Shown piece by piece: positions 50,501-57,742 of a stretch of 64,000 bases of DNA; position 1 is the stretch's first letter; each line of letters opens with the position of its first letter. This stretch comes from Candidatus Pseudothioglobus singularis (GTDB taxonomy: Bacteria > Pseudomonadota > Gammaproteobacteria > PS1 > Pseudothioglobaceae): positions 158 to 64,157 of the forward strand of contig JAOGRV010000006.1 of the NCBI GenBank assembly GCA_028107545.1, given 5' to 3'. The notes below the pieces were generated by a model. That model had not been told where the DNA came from. It worked only from the letters and a program-made list of their open reading frames with translations, and ran no database searches. Position numbers and translations under genes: made by a program.

Positions 50501-53462
50501 AAGCAAGTGTTGGTGAAATCGAATCTATTGCAGTAAAAGATATTGAACTAGCAGTAATTCCGTTGTCATATAAATCCTCAACTGTTGCTCCAATAGCAAT
50601 GTAAATAACCTGTTCACTGGAAAAATCACTACTCGGGTTTATTGTTATGACACTCTTAGCGCTATCTATTGAGGCGTTAAATGCAATATCATTGCCACTC
50701 GAGTTAGTTGCTTTAAGAGTAACTAGGCTACCTACATTCGAGTTAGTGATTTCACTATTATCAGTATTCCTTATAGCCTCACTAAAGGTTAGTGTTATGT
50801 TTGAGTCTTTGGCAATACTGGTTGCTAAATCTGCTGGACTAAAGGTGATCGTTGGCGCAGTTATGTCACTTACCCCAATTTCCCGAGCAGTGAAGTTTGC
50901 TGAGGAGGCACTAATAGCGTTATTAGCATCATCTTCAACTGTGGTGCTAATAGCAACATAAATGACCTGTTCACTAGAAAAATCACTATTCGGATTAATC
51001 GTGATAATCTTTTTGTCAGAGTCAATGGTTGCATCGAAGGCAATATCAGAGCCACTCGAATTAGTTTCCTTTAGGGTAATCAAGCTGTCAACATTTGAGT
51101 CTGTTAATGCTGAGTCATCAGTATTTCTTATCGCCTCAGTGAAGGTTATGGTTATGTTTGAGTCGTTAGCTACATTTGCTGCTGCACTAACAGGACTGAA
51201 AGTCAGAGTAGGGGTTATTGAGTCTATCGCTGTAAAGGTAATTGAACTGGCAGTATTAGCATTTCCAGAGCTGTCTTCGACTGTTGCCCCTATGGCTACA
51301 TAAATCATTTGTTCACTATCAAAATCACTCGTCGGATTAATGGTGATGACCTCTTTGTCTGAATCAATGGTCGCATCAAAAGCGATATCGGAGCCACTCG
51401 AGTTAGTTGATTTAAGAGTAATTAAAGTATCAACATTAGAATCCGACAGTGCTGAGTCGTCGATGTTTCTGACTGCCTCATTCAATGTGAGTGTAATGTT
51501 TGAGTCTACGGCAACACCGGTTGCTGAATTTGCTGGACTCCAGGTTGTTGTTGGGCCCACATTGTCTGCTGCTGTAAAGGTTGCAGACGAAGCGCTTAGT
51601 GCAGTACCACAGTCATTTTCTACGGTATTGCCAATCGCAACATAGACGGCTTGCAGGCTAGAGAAGTCGCTATCCGGATTAATGGTGATGACCTTTTTGT
51701 CTGAACTAATGGTCGCATCAAAGGCAATATCGGAGCCACTCGAATTCGTTGCTTTAAGAGTAATTAAGCTGTCAACGTTGGAATCTGTGAGTGCAGAATT
51801 ATCCGTGTTTCTTACAGCAACATTAAAGCTGAGTATTAGATTTGATCCCACCACAACTCCTGTAGCAGAGTTTGCTGGACTAAATGTGACAGTAGGTGAA
51901 AGGGTGGTTGCTATAGATCCACTCCCAGTTGTTGTATTGCCACTCACAGTCATCGCCAAGCAATTGGTATACCAAGTACCTGATGAGGTAATTTCAAAAT
52001 TATTATCAATCGCTATAGCGTTAGTGGACTGAGCAGCAGAGGTTCCACCAAGTGTAACATCATAAAAGTCATTGGAGTCCCCAGTACCGCCAGTAACGAT
52101 ATTAGACGTACCGTCAAACGTTACTTTTCCTGTGCCAGAGATGAAACTGTCACTATTTGTCCAATTACCAGCGACATTGATATCATTGTTGCCAGTATTT
52201 AGGGTTCCATTAGTAATCATGAGTGATCCATTCACATCAAGATCGGCATCAAGTGTCATTGTTCCAGTAGTGTTTAGTGCAAGATTAAAGTATGTATTTC
52301 CATAGGCAAGTCCAGTTGCTGTGCCATCATAGGTAATAGTTCCTGAGTCTGTATCTTTAGTTGAAATTGAAACAGTCTCGCTACCTGAGAGCTGTAGGTT
52401 GCCATTATTGACAAGGGTAGAAGCAGTTAAATTTTTACCGTTGATATCAAGTGTCGCATTTGAGTCAATCGTAAGCGTCCCAGAAATGCCAGTATTTTTT
52501 GCAAGAGAAACGTCAGAGTTGGAAATCTGGAGATGTTTAAATTTTCGGGTGTTATTTGTTAGCCAAGATATAGTTTGTGCAGATGATCCATTAAAGATAA
52601 CTTTTCCTGTCCCAGCATCAAAGTTTTTCCAAGAATTTAGAGTCCAATCTCCACCAACAGAAATATTGTTACTTTGAGCTCTGATACTTCCAACTCCAAT
52701 GATTGTTAGATCATTCTCAACTTCTATATCATTCGTTGACAATGTGGCATGTTTATTTCCAGATTTATATAAATTATAAAAATTTCGACCTGTTCCTGGG
52801 CCAGCATCAATTCTTATTGCGGCACCAGGAGTCCCCCTCCATCTTGTGGACATGGTAACTGTTCCATTGTTATGGTTAAAAACTCCTCCTCCATATAGAT
52901 TAAAGCCTCCTCTAAGAATAAATCGATTGCTACCACCACTGGGTGCGGTCAAAGTACCACCATTAATAGACAAGTTATGACCTAATTTTATTATGCTTCC
53001 GTCACCACTTGCTGTAACTGCACCTCCAGAATTGATATAGAGCCAACCCCAAGTTTGAAAAAATGAACCAGCGGTAACCAAGACATTACCATCATTAATC
53101 ATCGGGCCTTGTGAAGATGCTAAGTGATATCCATTTAAGTTGATATTTCCCGAGTACCCGTTTAGTAGTTTGAGTTTTTTAATTTTGTTGATATTATTTC
53201 GCAGCTTAGCATCAACAGTGCTGGCGCTTGTGAAAATAGCAATAAGATTATTGGTAGTAGGTGCAGAGGCGCCTCCATTACCATATTGAGTTGTAGACCA
53301 GTTTGCATTATCGTCCCAATATTTGTCTGTTCCATCGTCAATAGCTACCCACCATCTGTTTTGAGCAGCTAAAGAATGAGCACTAAAAATGAATAGGCAC
53401 AGAGCAAAAATAGCCTTTAAATGGCTTTTATTAAGTGTGTATTTAAATTCCCTTTTCCCCAT
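47553..53462 (-). CDS. Large surface protein/adhesin: signal peptide, beta-rich passenger, 9 Ig-like (Big_5/SbsA-like) repeats, autotransporter beta-domain
   Basis: Signal peptide ending HSLA; W..NANWS..GG.SAP N-terminal module; ~113-aa repeats; C-terminal WAIWSEG...SPYGR...PNARIEY barrel ending in F. Confidence 0.88.
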   Translation of the reverse strand: MGKREFKYTLNKSHLKAIFALCLFIFSAHSLAAQNRWWVAIDDGTDKYWDDNANWSTTQYGNGGASAPTTNNLIAIFTSASTVDAKLRNNINKIKKLKLLNGYSGNINLNGYHLASSQGPMINDGNVLVTAGSFFQTWGWLYINSGGAVTASGDGSIIKLGHNLSINGGTLTAPSGGSNRFILRGGFNLYGGGVFNHNNGTVTMSTRWRGTPGAAIRIDAGPGTGRNFYNLYKSGNKHATLSTNDIEVENDLTIIGVGSIRAQSNNISVGGDWTLNSWKNFDAGTGKVIFNGSSAQTISWLTNNTRKFKHLQISNSDVSLAKNTGISGTLTIDSNATLDINGKNLTASTLVNNGNLQLSGSETVSISTKDTDSGTITYDGTATGLAYGNTYFNLALNTTGTMTLDADLDVNGSLMITNGTLNTGNNDINVAGNWTNSDSFISGTGKVTFDGTSNIVTGGTGDSNDFYDVTLGGTSAAQSTNAIAIDNNFEITSSGTWYTNCLAMTVSGNTTTGSGSIATTLSPTVTFSPANSATGVVVGSNLILSFNVAVRNTDNSALTDSNVDSLITLKATNSSGSDIAFDATISSDKKVITINPDSDFSSLQAVYVAIGNTVENDCGTALSASSATFTAADNVGPTTTWSPANSATGVAVDSNITLTLNEAVRNIDDSALSDSNVDTLITLKSTNSSGSDIAFDATIDSDKEVITINPTSDFDSEQMIYVAIGATVEDSSGNANTASSITFTAIDSITPTLTFSPVSAAANVANDSNITITFTEAIRNTDDSALTDSNVDSLITLKETNSSGSDIAFDATIDSDKKIITINPNSDFSSEQVIYVAISTTVEDDANNAISASSANFTAREIGVSDITAPTITFSPADLATSIAKDSNITLTFSEAIRNTDNSEITNSNVGSLVTLKATNSSGNDIAFNASIDSAKSVITINPSSDFSSEQVIYIAIGATVEDLYDNGITASSISFTAIDSISPTLAFDPIDLENPVPVTDNITITFNEAIRNTDDTTLTSTNVDSLISLKDTDENGTDIDFNATIDSDKKIITINPDSSLSSEQTVYVAIGATLEDDSNNAITASSITFVAADSTAPNLDFTPADSATGIAVNSDITIAFDEVIRNTDNSALTDSNVDTLITLKTTNSSGSDIAFDAVIDNSKQLITIAPSSDFSSEQVIYVAIGATVEDASDNAISASSITFTAADSTAPTVAFVPPDASNCVPISSNVSLTFNEAVRNPDDSTITDSNVGNLITLEYTSDSSPVAFTATIDSDKKIITINPDSDFVSGEVVNVAIESVEDSSNNTMSATSGTFCVVDSTAPVLTFSPANSSTMVAEETDITLTFNEEIRLIDNSALNNTNVDSLITLKENDVNGDDIQFDATIDADKQVITLDLVSNLSSNQIVYVAIGATVEDSYNNAILADSATFTTGDSLPPTVEIAAVITASIATDSDITFTFSEKIRQINDSEIDNSNVSSLVTLQDITDIANPKNIPFSATINSAKTIITINPTSNFSSQQKIKAIAPANTFEDYSDNLVPETIKTFTAEYLKTSLSNPLNEKDVVGLIEAQIESAKRMIMHSTKPVLKRMEFLRRHNDQKNLSNQGVKLRFVNSSLTEMSNALNLSGFLNQTSDLFGNDWAIWSEGSITIGETDENTISAIKKIKSNGITLGIDKIVDTNQIYGLAIRMEDEDDDIGSSGTTIDTDSFSLSFYGTLPFSEKTYIDGTFGVGKLRTDLTRIHESGTLTGKRKGEQIFSSVLYGAEFNNDVTLSPYGRIDAGYTKLKSYSDSGKVASINYNEQKIKTARVSIGLLIDDEIQTQSATFMPNARIEYGKDVVDASDAVLSYVVYPNTDYTFKIDREETDNFRIGFGTDVLVEGGWALSADFERSQEDDTSYENSISLGASFQPNQNTEYSVSIIGGNSSNRQFGLDYDRSLTDDWTLNASLESAKSSNSGYNNTIGLSTRMSF
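48815..51908 (-). repeat. Nine tandem ~340-bp coding repeats (Ig-like domains)
   Basis: Recurring P.(L/V)TF.P...ITLTF.EA(I/V)RN.D...I.FDATIDSDK..ITINP..DFSSEQ..YVAIGATVED, with similar DNA (e.g. GCATC.AA.GC.ATATC.GA.CCACT.GA). Confidence 0.9.
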
Positions 53463-53637
53463 AAAAAACTTTAGAATTAATAAATATTTATCATTGGTGG
53501 CCTTTTTTTTAATAGGGCTGGTGACCGACCTATAAGAAGCGATAATTTTCTCTCTTCATTATTGTATATCATATAGATGAATTTTTCTAATTTAAGATTG
53601 GAAACTTACAGGGCGCATTGATAATTAAAGTAATTTT

Positions 53638-54243
53638 ATGATGAATAATTATGAGCTATCAATAGAGCATTATATGGAGGATTTATCTGCTGTCTCAGAC
53701 TATCTGGATTGTGCTGAATTCCAACTTTTAACTCAGATTGCGCCCTATAAGAACAATAATATATGGACGGCGATATCTATCCATGGCTATGGAGCTAATC
53801 CTTCGGATATATACAAACCAGGCTTCGCAAGGAATGAGAAAAAAATTGACAATAAACTGCAGTGGACATCCTTACTAAATAAACCCATTATGAGTTCTAT
53901 ACGCGAAATAATATCTAGGCTGCCTTGTGAATTTGAGAGAATTCGCTTGATGAAGCTTGCTGCTGGCAAATCCTTACGGAAGCACAATGACAACATCGAT
54001 CAGGACATTGAGAACAAAAAACTAATAAGGCTTCATGTTCCCATTAGAACAAATAAGGATGTTGTGTTTACGATTTATGACAGTGATGAGGATGATGTGG
54101 GTCAGGAGCTTAATCTAAAAACAGGGCGCTACTACTACTTGGATGTGACGAAGCCGCACTCGGTCAGTAATAATAGCAATATTGATAGATACCATTTAGT
54201 TGTTGATTGTTTTGTTAATGATGATTTGAAAGCTATTCTTTAG
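53638..54243 (+). CDS. Aspartyl/asparaginyl beta-hydroxylase-family 2OG-Fe(II) oxygenase
   Basis: RIRLMKL, HND (HxD), RLHVPIRTN, PHSV.N....RYHLVVD. Confidence 0.85.
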   Translation: MMNNYELSIEHYMEDLSAVSDYLDCAEFQLLTQIAPYKNNNIWTAISIHGYGANPSDIYKPGFARNEKKIDNKLQWTSLLNKPIMSSIREIISRLPCEFERIRLMKLAAGKSLRKHNDNIDQDIENKKLIRLHVPIRTNKDVVFTIYDSDEDDVGQELNLKTGRYYYLDVTKPHSVSNNSNIDRYHLVVDCFVNDDLKAIL

Positions 54244-54680
54244 CTTTCTGGAACAAAAGGCCTAATTGATTTTTGAATATAATCTGAAGGGAGGTTTGCA
54301 CTTTTGATGCCAGCATTGATTCTTTCAATGTACTCAGCATGAGGCTGCCCTATCTCTTTATCAGAGGCAACATAAACGAGGCAATCAATAGCACCACTGG
54401 GAGTTGAAACACTCATAATAAACTTTTCATACATTCCCTCTGCTACACTCTCATAGATGTCTAATAATTCGATATCTTTATCACTCAATTTAAATATTTC
54501 TCCCAAAACAAAATTATTTAAATTTTGCCTTATACTGGCATATCCTCGAGTATTGATGAACCAAGAATAGTCTGAGAGTCTTCCAGAAGTCAGGTAGCTT
54601 GACTCAGGGCAGCGAACAAACATTTGATCTTTCGATAAATTAGATCCATAGCCAAAATAGTAGTTTGATACGGAAGGCAT
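54240..54680 (-). CDS. Gamma-glutamylcyclotransferase-family protein
   Basis: YFGYGSNL, QM..RCP, LDIYE, LP.DY. Confidence 0.88.
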   Translation of the reverse strand: MPSVSNYYFGYGSNLSKDQMFVRCPESSYLTSGRLSDYSWFINTRGYASIRQNLNNFVLGEIFKLSDKDIELLDIYESVAEGMYEKFIMSVSTPSGAIDCLVYVASDKEIGQPHAEYIERINAGIKSANLPSDYIQKSIRPFVPES

Positions 54681-54689
54681 ATTTTTTAA

Positions 54690-54857
54690 TCAGAAGTTGG
54701 GAATATAATCAACACCTTTTTTTATAAGATTTTGAATGTATTCAGCTTTTTGTTTGTAGAAGTTTGACTGTTGAATGTTGTCATTAAAGTCAGACTCATA
54801 TTGTAAGTCACGCAGTCTTTTAAGCTCTGTATGGCATTCAATGAGCCTGTCATCCAT
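54690..54857 (-). CDS. Hypothetical 55-aa protein (not in ORF track)
   Basis: MDDRLIECHTELKRLRDLQYESDFNDNIQQSNFYKQKAEYIQNLIKKGVDYIPNF; fills the gap and overlaps the stop of the upstream gene. Confidence 0.7.
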   Translation of the reverse strand: MDDRLIECHTELKRLRDLQYESDFNDNIQQSNFYKQKAEYIQNLIKKGVDYIPNF

Positions 54858-55239
54858 TCAAATCACCAACTACATCACCATTTTTAAAGACATATTCAGC
54901 AGTTTTTACTCCATTCTCATAGAATATAGATGCACCATTCAAAACCCCATTTTTATATTCTTGCTCGGACTCAAGTTGACCATTCTCATTCCATGCCCTT
55001 TGTATACCCTCAGGCTTATCATTTTTATAGAAGCCTTCAGAGGCTTTGGTGCCATTGTCATACCAGTAGGTCAGTGATCCCTCCAGTTTGTTTTTGAGAT
55101 AAGAGCCTTCAGAGGCCTTTTGACCGTTGGCATACCAATATGTTTCAATACCATTTTTAAGGCCATTGTCATAGTTTGTTTGAAGCGTCATTCCATTTTC
55201 AAGTAGTTCGGTATTGAGACCATTTTTATTTTTTTTCAT
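54850..55239 (-). CDS. MORN-variant repeat (YwqK-like) protein
   Basis: Repeated (W/F)Y.NG...SEG.Y.N.K.EG units. Confidence 0.85.
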   Translation of the reverse strand: MKKNKNGLNTELLENGMTLQTNYDNGLKNGIETYWYANGQKASEGSYLKNKLEGSLTYWYDNGTKASEGFYKNDKPEGIQRAWNENGQLESEQEYKNGVLNGASIFYENGVKTAEYVFKNGDVVGDLNG

Positions 55240-55281
55240 AGGATTATTATATTAAAAAATAAAGAACTATTTCTTGAATAT

Positions 55282-55497
55282 TTATTTCCAGCCTTGTTGC
55301 CACTTATTTGAGTCTTTTAATTCATTCCAGTCTATTGATTCATTATTCTTTGAAATAATTGCCTCAATTAAACAATCACTAATTAGCTCATTTTCATCAT
55401 ACTTAAGCTCAGAAATCAAAAAATGTTTTTCATTGTTAGTTGGCAAAACTTTAGTCCACTTACTGTTTAATAATTTTTTTGGATTAATCTGATTCAT
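55282..55497 (-). CDS. TIGR02450-family Trp-rich protein
   Basis: NPKKLLNSKWT...EKHFLI...W..LK....W..GW. Confidence 0.85.
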   Translation of the reverse strand: MNQINPKKLLNSKWTKVLPTNNEKHFLISELKYDENELISDCLIEAIISKNNESIDWNELKDSNKWQQGWK

Positions 55498-55665
55498 TGA
55501 CTTATCTATCTTATGGTTTAGTACATTAATTATTTCATATTCAGTTAAATATTGGCTGAATTAAAAGTTATTAATCAATCTCCACTCAATATTCATTAAT
55601 TCTTCATAGTCCATAGATGTCTTCTCTCTAAACTGCTAAATTGAAGTTGAACTACAAATAAAAAC

Positions 55666-55854
55666 ATGAGAAAAAAAATAGGGGTAATTGCGCTTTCATT
55701 GGCTGCTTTAGCAGTGGTTTGGCTTCTACTTGGTATGGCTAATATTATCCCATTTTTAATAGAGTTACCTCAAGAAACAAGCACGCGTGCACACGCATCA
55801 TTGGCTGTGATACTTCTATTGATTGGGTCTTGGGCTTTTTGGAATGAAGATTAA
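55666..55854 (+). CDS. Small two-TM membrane protein
   Basis: Two hydrophobic segments, 62 aa. Confidence 0.65.
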   Translation: MRKKIGVIALSLAALAVVWLLLGMANIIPFLIELPQETSTRAHASLAVILLLIGSWAFWNED

Positions 55855-55874
55855 ATTTTAATAAGGATGTAATT

Positions 55875-56051
55875 ATGATTAAAACGTCAGATATATGTAT
55901 TTTAATTTCAGTTGGGGTTGCTTTTGTAACTACAGCTTATCTGTGGTTTCAAGGGGTTGATACAAAACAAGAGGCTTTGTTTACTTCCACCTGGATCCCA
56001 TCAATTCTAACATTTGCTATATATTTCAAGATAATATCGAGGAAGGAATAA
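55875..56051 (+). CDS. 58-aa two-TM microprotein (not in ORF track)
   Basis: SD AAGGA; MIKTSDICILISVGVAFVTTAYLWFQG...EALFTSTWIPSILTFAIYFKIISRKE. Confidence 0.7.
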   Translation: MIKTSDICILISVGVAFVTTAYLWFQGVDTKQEALFTSTWIPSILTFAIYFKIISRKE

Positions 56052-56053
56052 CT

Positions 56054-56161
56054 ATGGATGATTCATTAATATTTATTACGGGTATGTTTTGTTTTGTTAT
56101 GGCAATTATTGGAGCTGTTTTGACTGTCCGTGAGTTTAAAAATATAGAAAATCAAAAATAG
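56054..56161 (+). CDS. 35-aa single-TM microprotein (not in ORF track)
   Basis: SD AAGGA; MDDSLIFITGMFCFVMAIIGAVLTVREFKNIENQK; starts 2 nt after the previous stop. Confidence 0.65.
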   Translation: MDDSLIFITGMFCFVMAIIGAVLTVREFKNIENQK

Positions 56162-56178
56162 CTTTGTAGAATCAAAGT

Positions 56179-56212
56179 CCTAGTATCTAGTGAGTTTTAA
56201 CTAGATATTAGG
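56179..56212. terminator. 13-bp stem-loop between convergent genes
   Basis: CCTAGTATCTAGT-GAGTTTTA-ACTAGATATTAGG (one G-U pair); no U-tract. Confidence 0.5.
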
Positions 56213-56241
56213 TCTGATACGAACTGTAAGTATGATTTAAC

Positions 56242-56670
56242 TTAATCGTCCAATAAAAATGTTGGCATTTTGTAATAGATGTCAAGACTGTCATTGCTCT
56301 GTTCTGTTTCTTCCCTTTTTTGTTCTATGCATTTCACTGAGGTGACCATTACGTTTTTAGATTCAGCTTGAAGCTTTGTTTTAGGCGGTGAAATAATTCC
56401 TTCAACTGTGGTTACTGGCCTCCCGTTTTTGTCATAGAGTGCGCACCTTACATTTGTAGTTGTTTTGCTTTTAATTGAAATGTAAGTTGCATCATTTGAT
56501 TTTAATCTCTGAAAATCAACGCTTTCAACGACAATTTTGTTAGACTCGCCATCAATTGTGCTCATCTTATTGAGTTCATCAGCAAAAGCTATTTGAACTG
56601 AAATTAAAGAAATTAAAAAAAATATCTTTCTTGGAATTCTGAAGTTGAATGTTTTGTTAGCTTGATTCAT
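56242..56670 (-). CDS. Hypothetical exported protein
   Basis: Signal peptide ending AFA; two Cys. Confidence 0.65.
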   Translation of the reverse strand: MNQANKTFNFRIPRKIFFLISLISVQIAFADELNKMSTIDGESNKIVVESVDFQRLKSNDATYISIKSKTTTNVRCALYDKNGRPVTTVEGIISPPKTKLQAESKNVMVTSVKCIEQKREETEQSNDSLDIYYKMPTFLLDD

Positions 56671-57583
56671 ATAGTTCTTTCATGGCATTTAAACCAACCC
56701 TTATTGTATTCCCAATTGCTTTGTCATAATCAATAACAGCGGCGCTCGTTGTTGGTCCGCTGATGACAGTGCAAATTGTTCCAGCTCTGTATCCCATTTG
56801 AGAACATAAATGAAAAAATAGGCTTGACTCCATCTCCATATTAAGAACTCTTAATCCATCAATATCAATCTTTGAAAGACTTCCCTTGATGTCTGGAAAT
56901 GTATTTTTTAAGCCTTCAATATATCTTGAGGATGGGCCATAAAATCCTGGAGAGGATGAAGTAATACCAATTTCATATTCAACGCCATGTTTTAATGCCT
57001 GCTTTTCTAAGGCTTTAGTGACTTCAATGGATGCTTTCGAAGCATAAGGGATAAGTTTTCCTTTGAATCTTGATGAGCTAGGGATTGACTTATTCAATAT
57101 TTTTTTAGCAGATTCTTCAATTCTTTCAATCACAGGGTCATTTGATGGTTCTTCAAAATAGATGCCAGTATTGTCAAGGCCAAGCGCATAAGAGCCAATG
57201 GCTTGTGAACCAGGAGTGATATTTGACTGAACCCCGCCCGATGTTCCAAGCCTTATCAATGTCATTGGCTCACAGTTAGTATTTCTTGTTTTGCTCTCAA
57301 AATTGAATTCGTGCTCAATAAAGGCCTCTACTAAAGCAATTTCAACGTTATCTGTGCCAATTCCTGTTCCAATGACAGATACTGGTATGCCCTTATATGT
57401 GCCTGTAAATGTTAGGTACTCTCTATTTGAAATTTCACGGTCAACAGTGTCAAATTCTTTAGATACGCGTATGGCTCTTGCGGGATCTCCAACAATAAAA
57501 ATGTTTTGAGCAAGATCTCCTTTTTTTATCCCCAAGTGATAAAGGCGTTCATCAATAATGACAATTTCTGACTTATCAAACAT
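56657..57583 (-). CDS. Uridine/nucleoside phosphorylase
   Basis: YHLG, VGDPARA, REY, GIG, RLGTSGG, NMEMES. Confidence 0.88.
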   Translation of the reverse strand: MFDKSEIVIIDERLYHLGIKKGDLAQNIFIVGDPARAIRVSKEFDTVDREISNREYLTFTGTYKGIPVSVIGTGIGTDNVEIALVEAFIEHEFNFESKTRNTNCEPMTLIRLGTSGGVQSNITPGSQAIGSYALGLDNTGIYFEEPSNDPVIERIEESAKKILNKSIPSSSRFKGKLIPYASKASIEVTKALEKQALKHGVEYEIGITSSSPGFYGPSSRYIEGLKNTFPDIKGSLSKIDIDGLRVLNMEMESSLFFHLCSQMGYRAGTICTVISGPTTSAAVIDYDKAIGNTIRVGLNAMKELYESS

Positions 57584-57742
57584 TCACTTAAACTTCATCT
57601 TTTGTAAAATATTAATCAATATTATATACATCCAAAAGTTATAATTTTTCTACTAAAGCACAATACATTAAAAAGGGGTGAGTGCCATATGTCTGCCAGA
57701 CGATTACAATCCAATTTAAAGAGCTCGAAGCGCTTTTAAATT

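Noticed and set aside
48815-51908. Periodic DNA repeats considered as a CRISPR array
   Set aside because: Period is ~340 bp, in frame, and diverges at synonymous positions; no unique spacers or cas genes.
49357-52677. Series of similar plus-strand ORFs (77-187 aa) that look like a gene array
   Set aside because: They are antisense shadows of the autotransporter coding sequence, mostly its Ig repeats; no RBS or independent signal.
53503-53510. T8 tract upstream of the autotransporter as a phase-variation site
   Set aside because: Runs of 8 A/T are common in this AT-rich window.
54775-55077. 100-aa plus-strand ORF
   Set aside because: Antisense to the MORN-like gene and the 55-aa ORF, which have better support.
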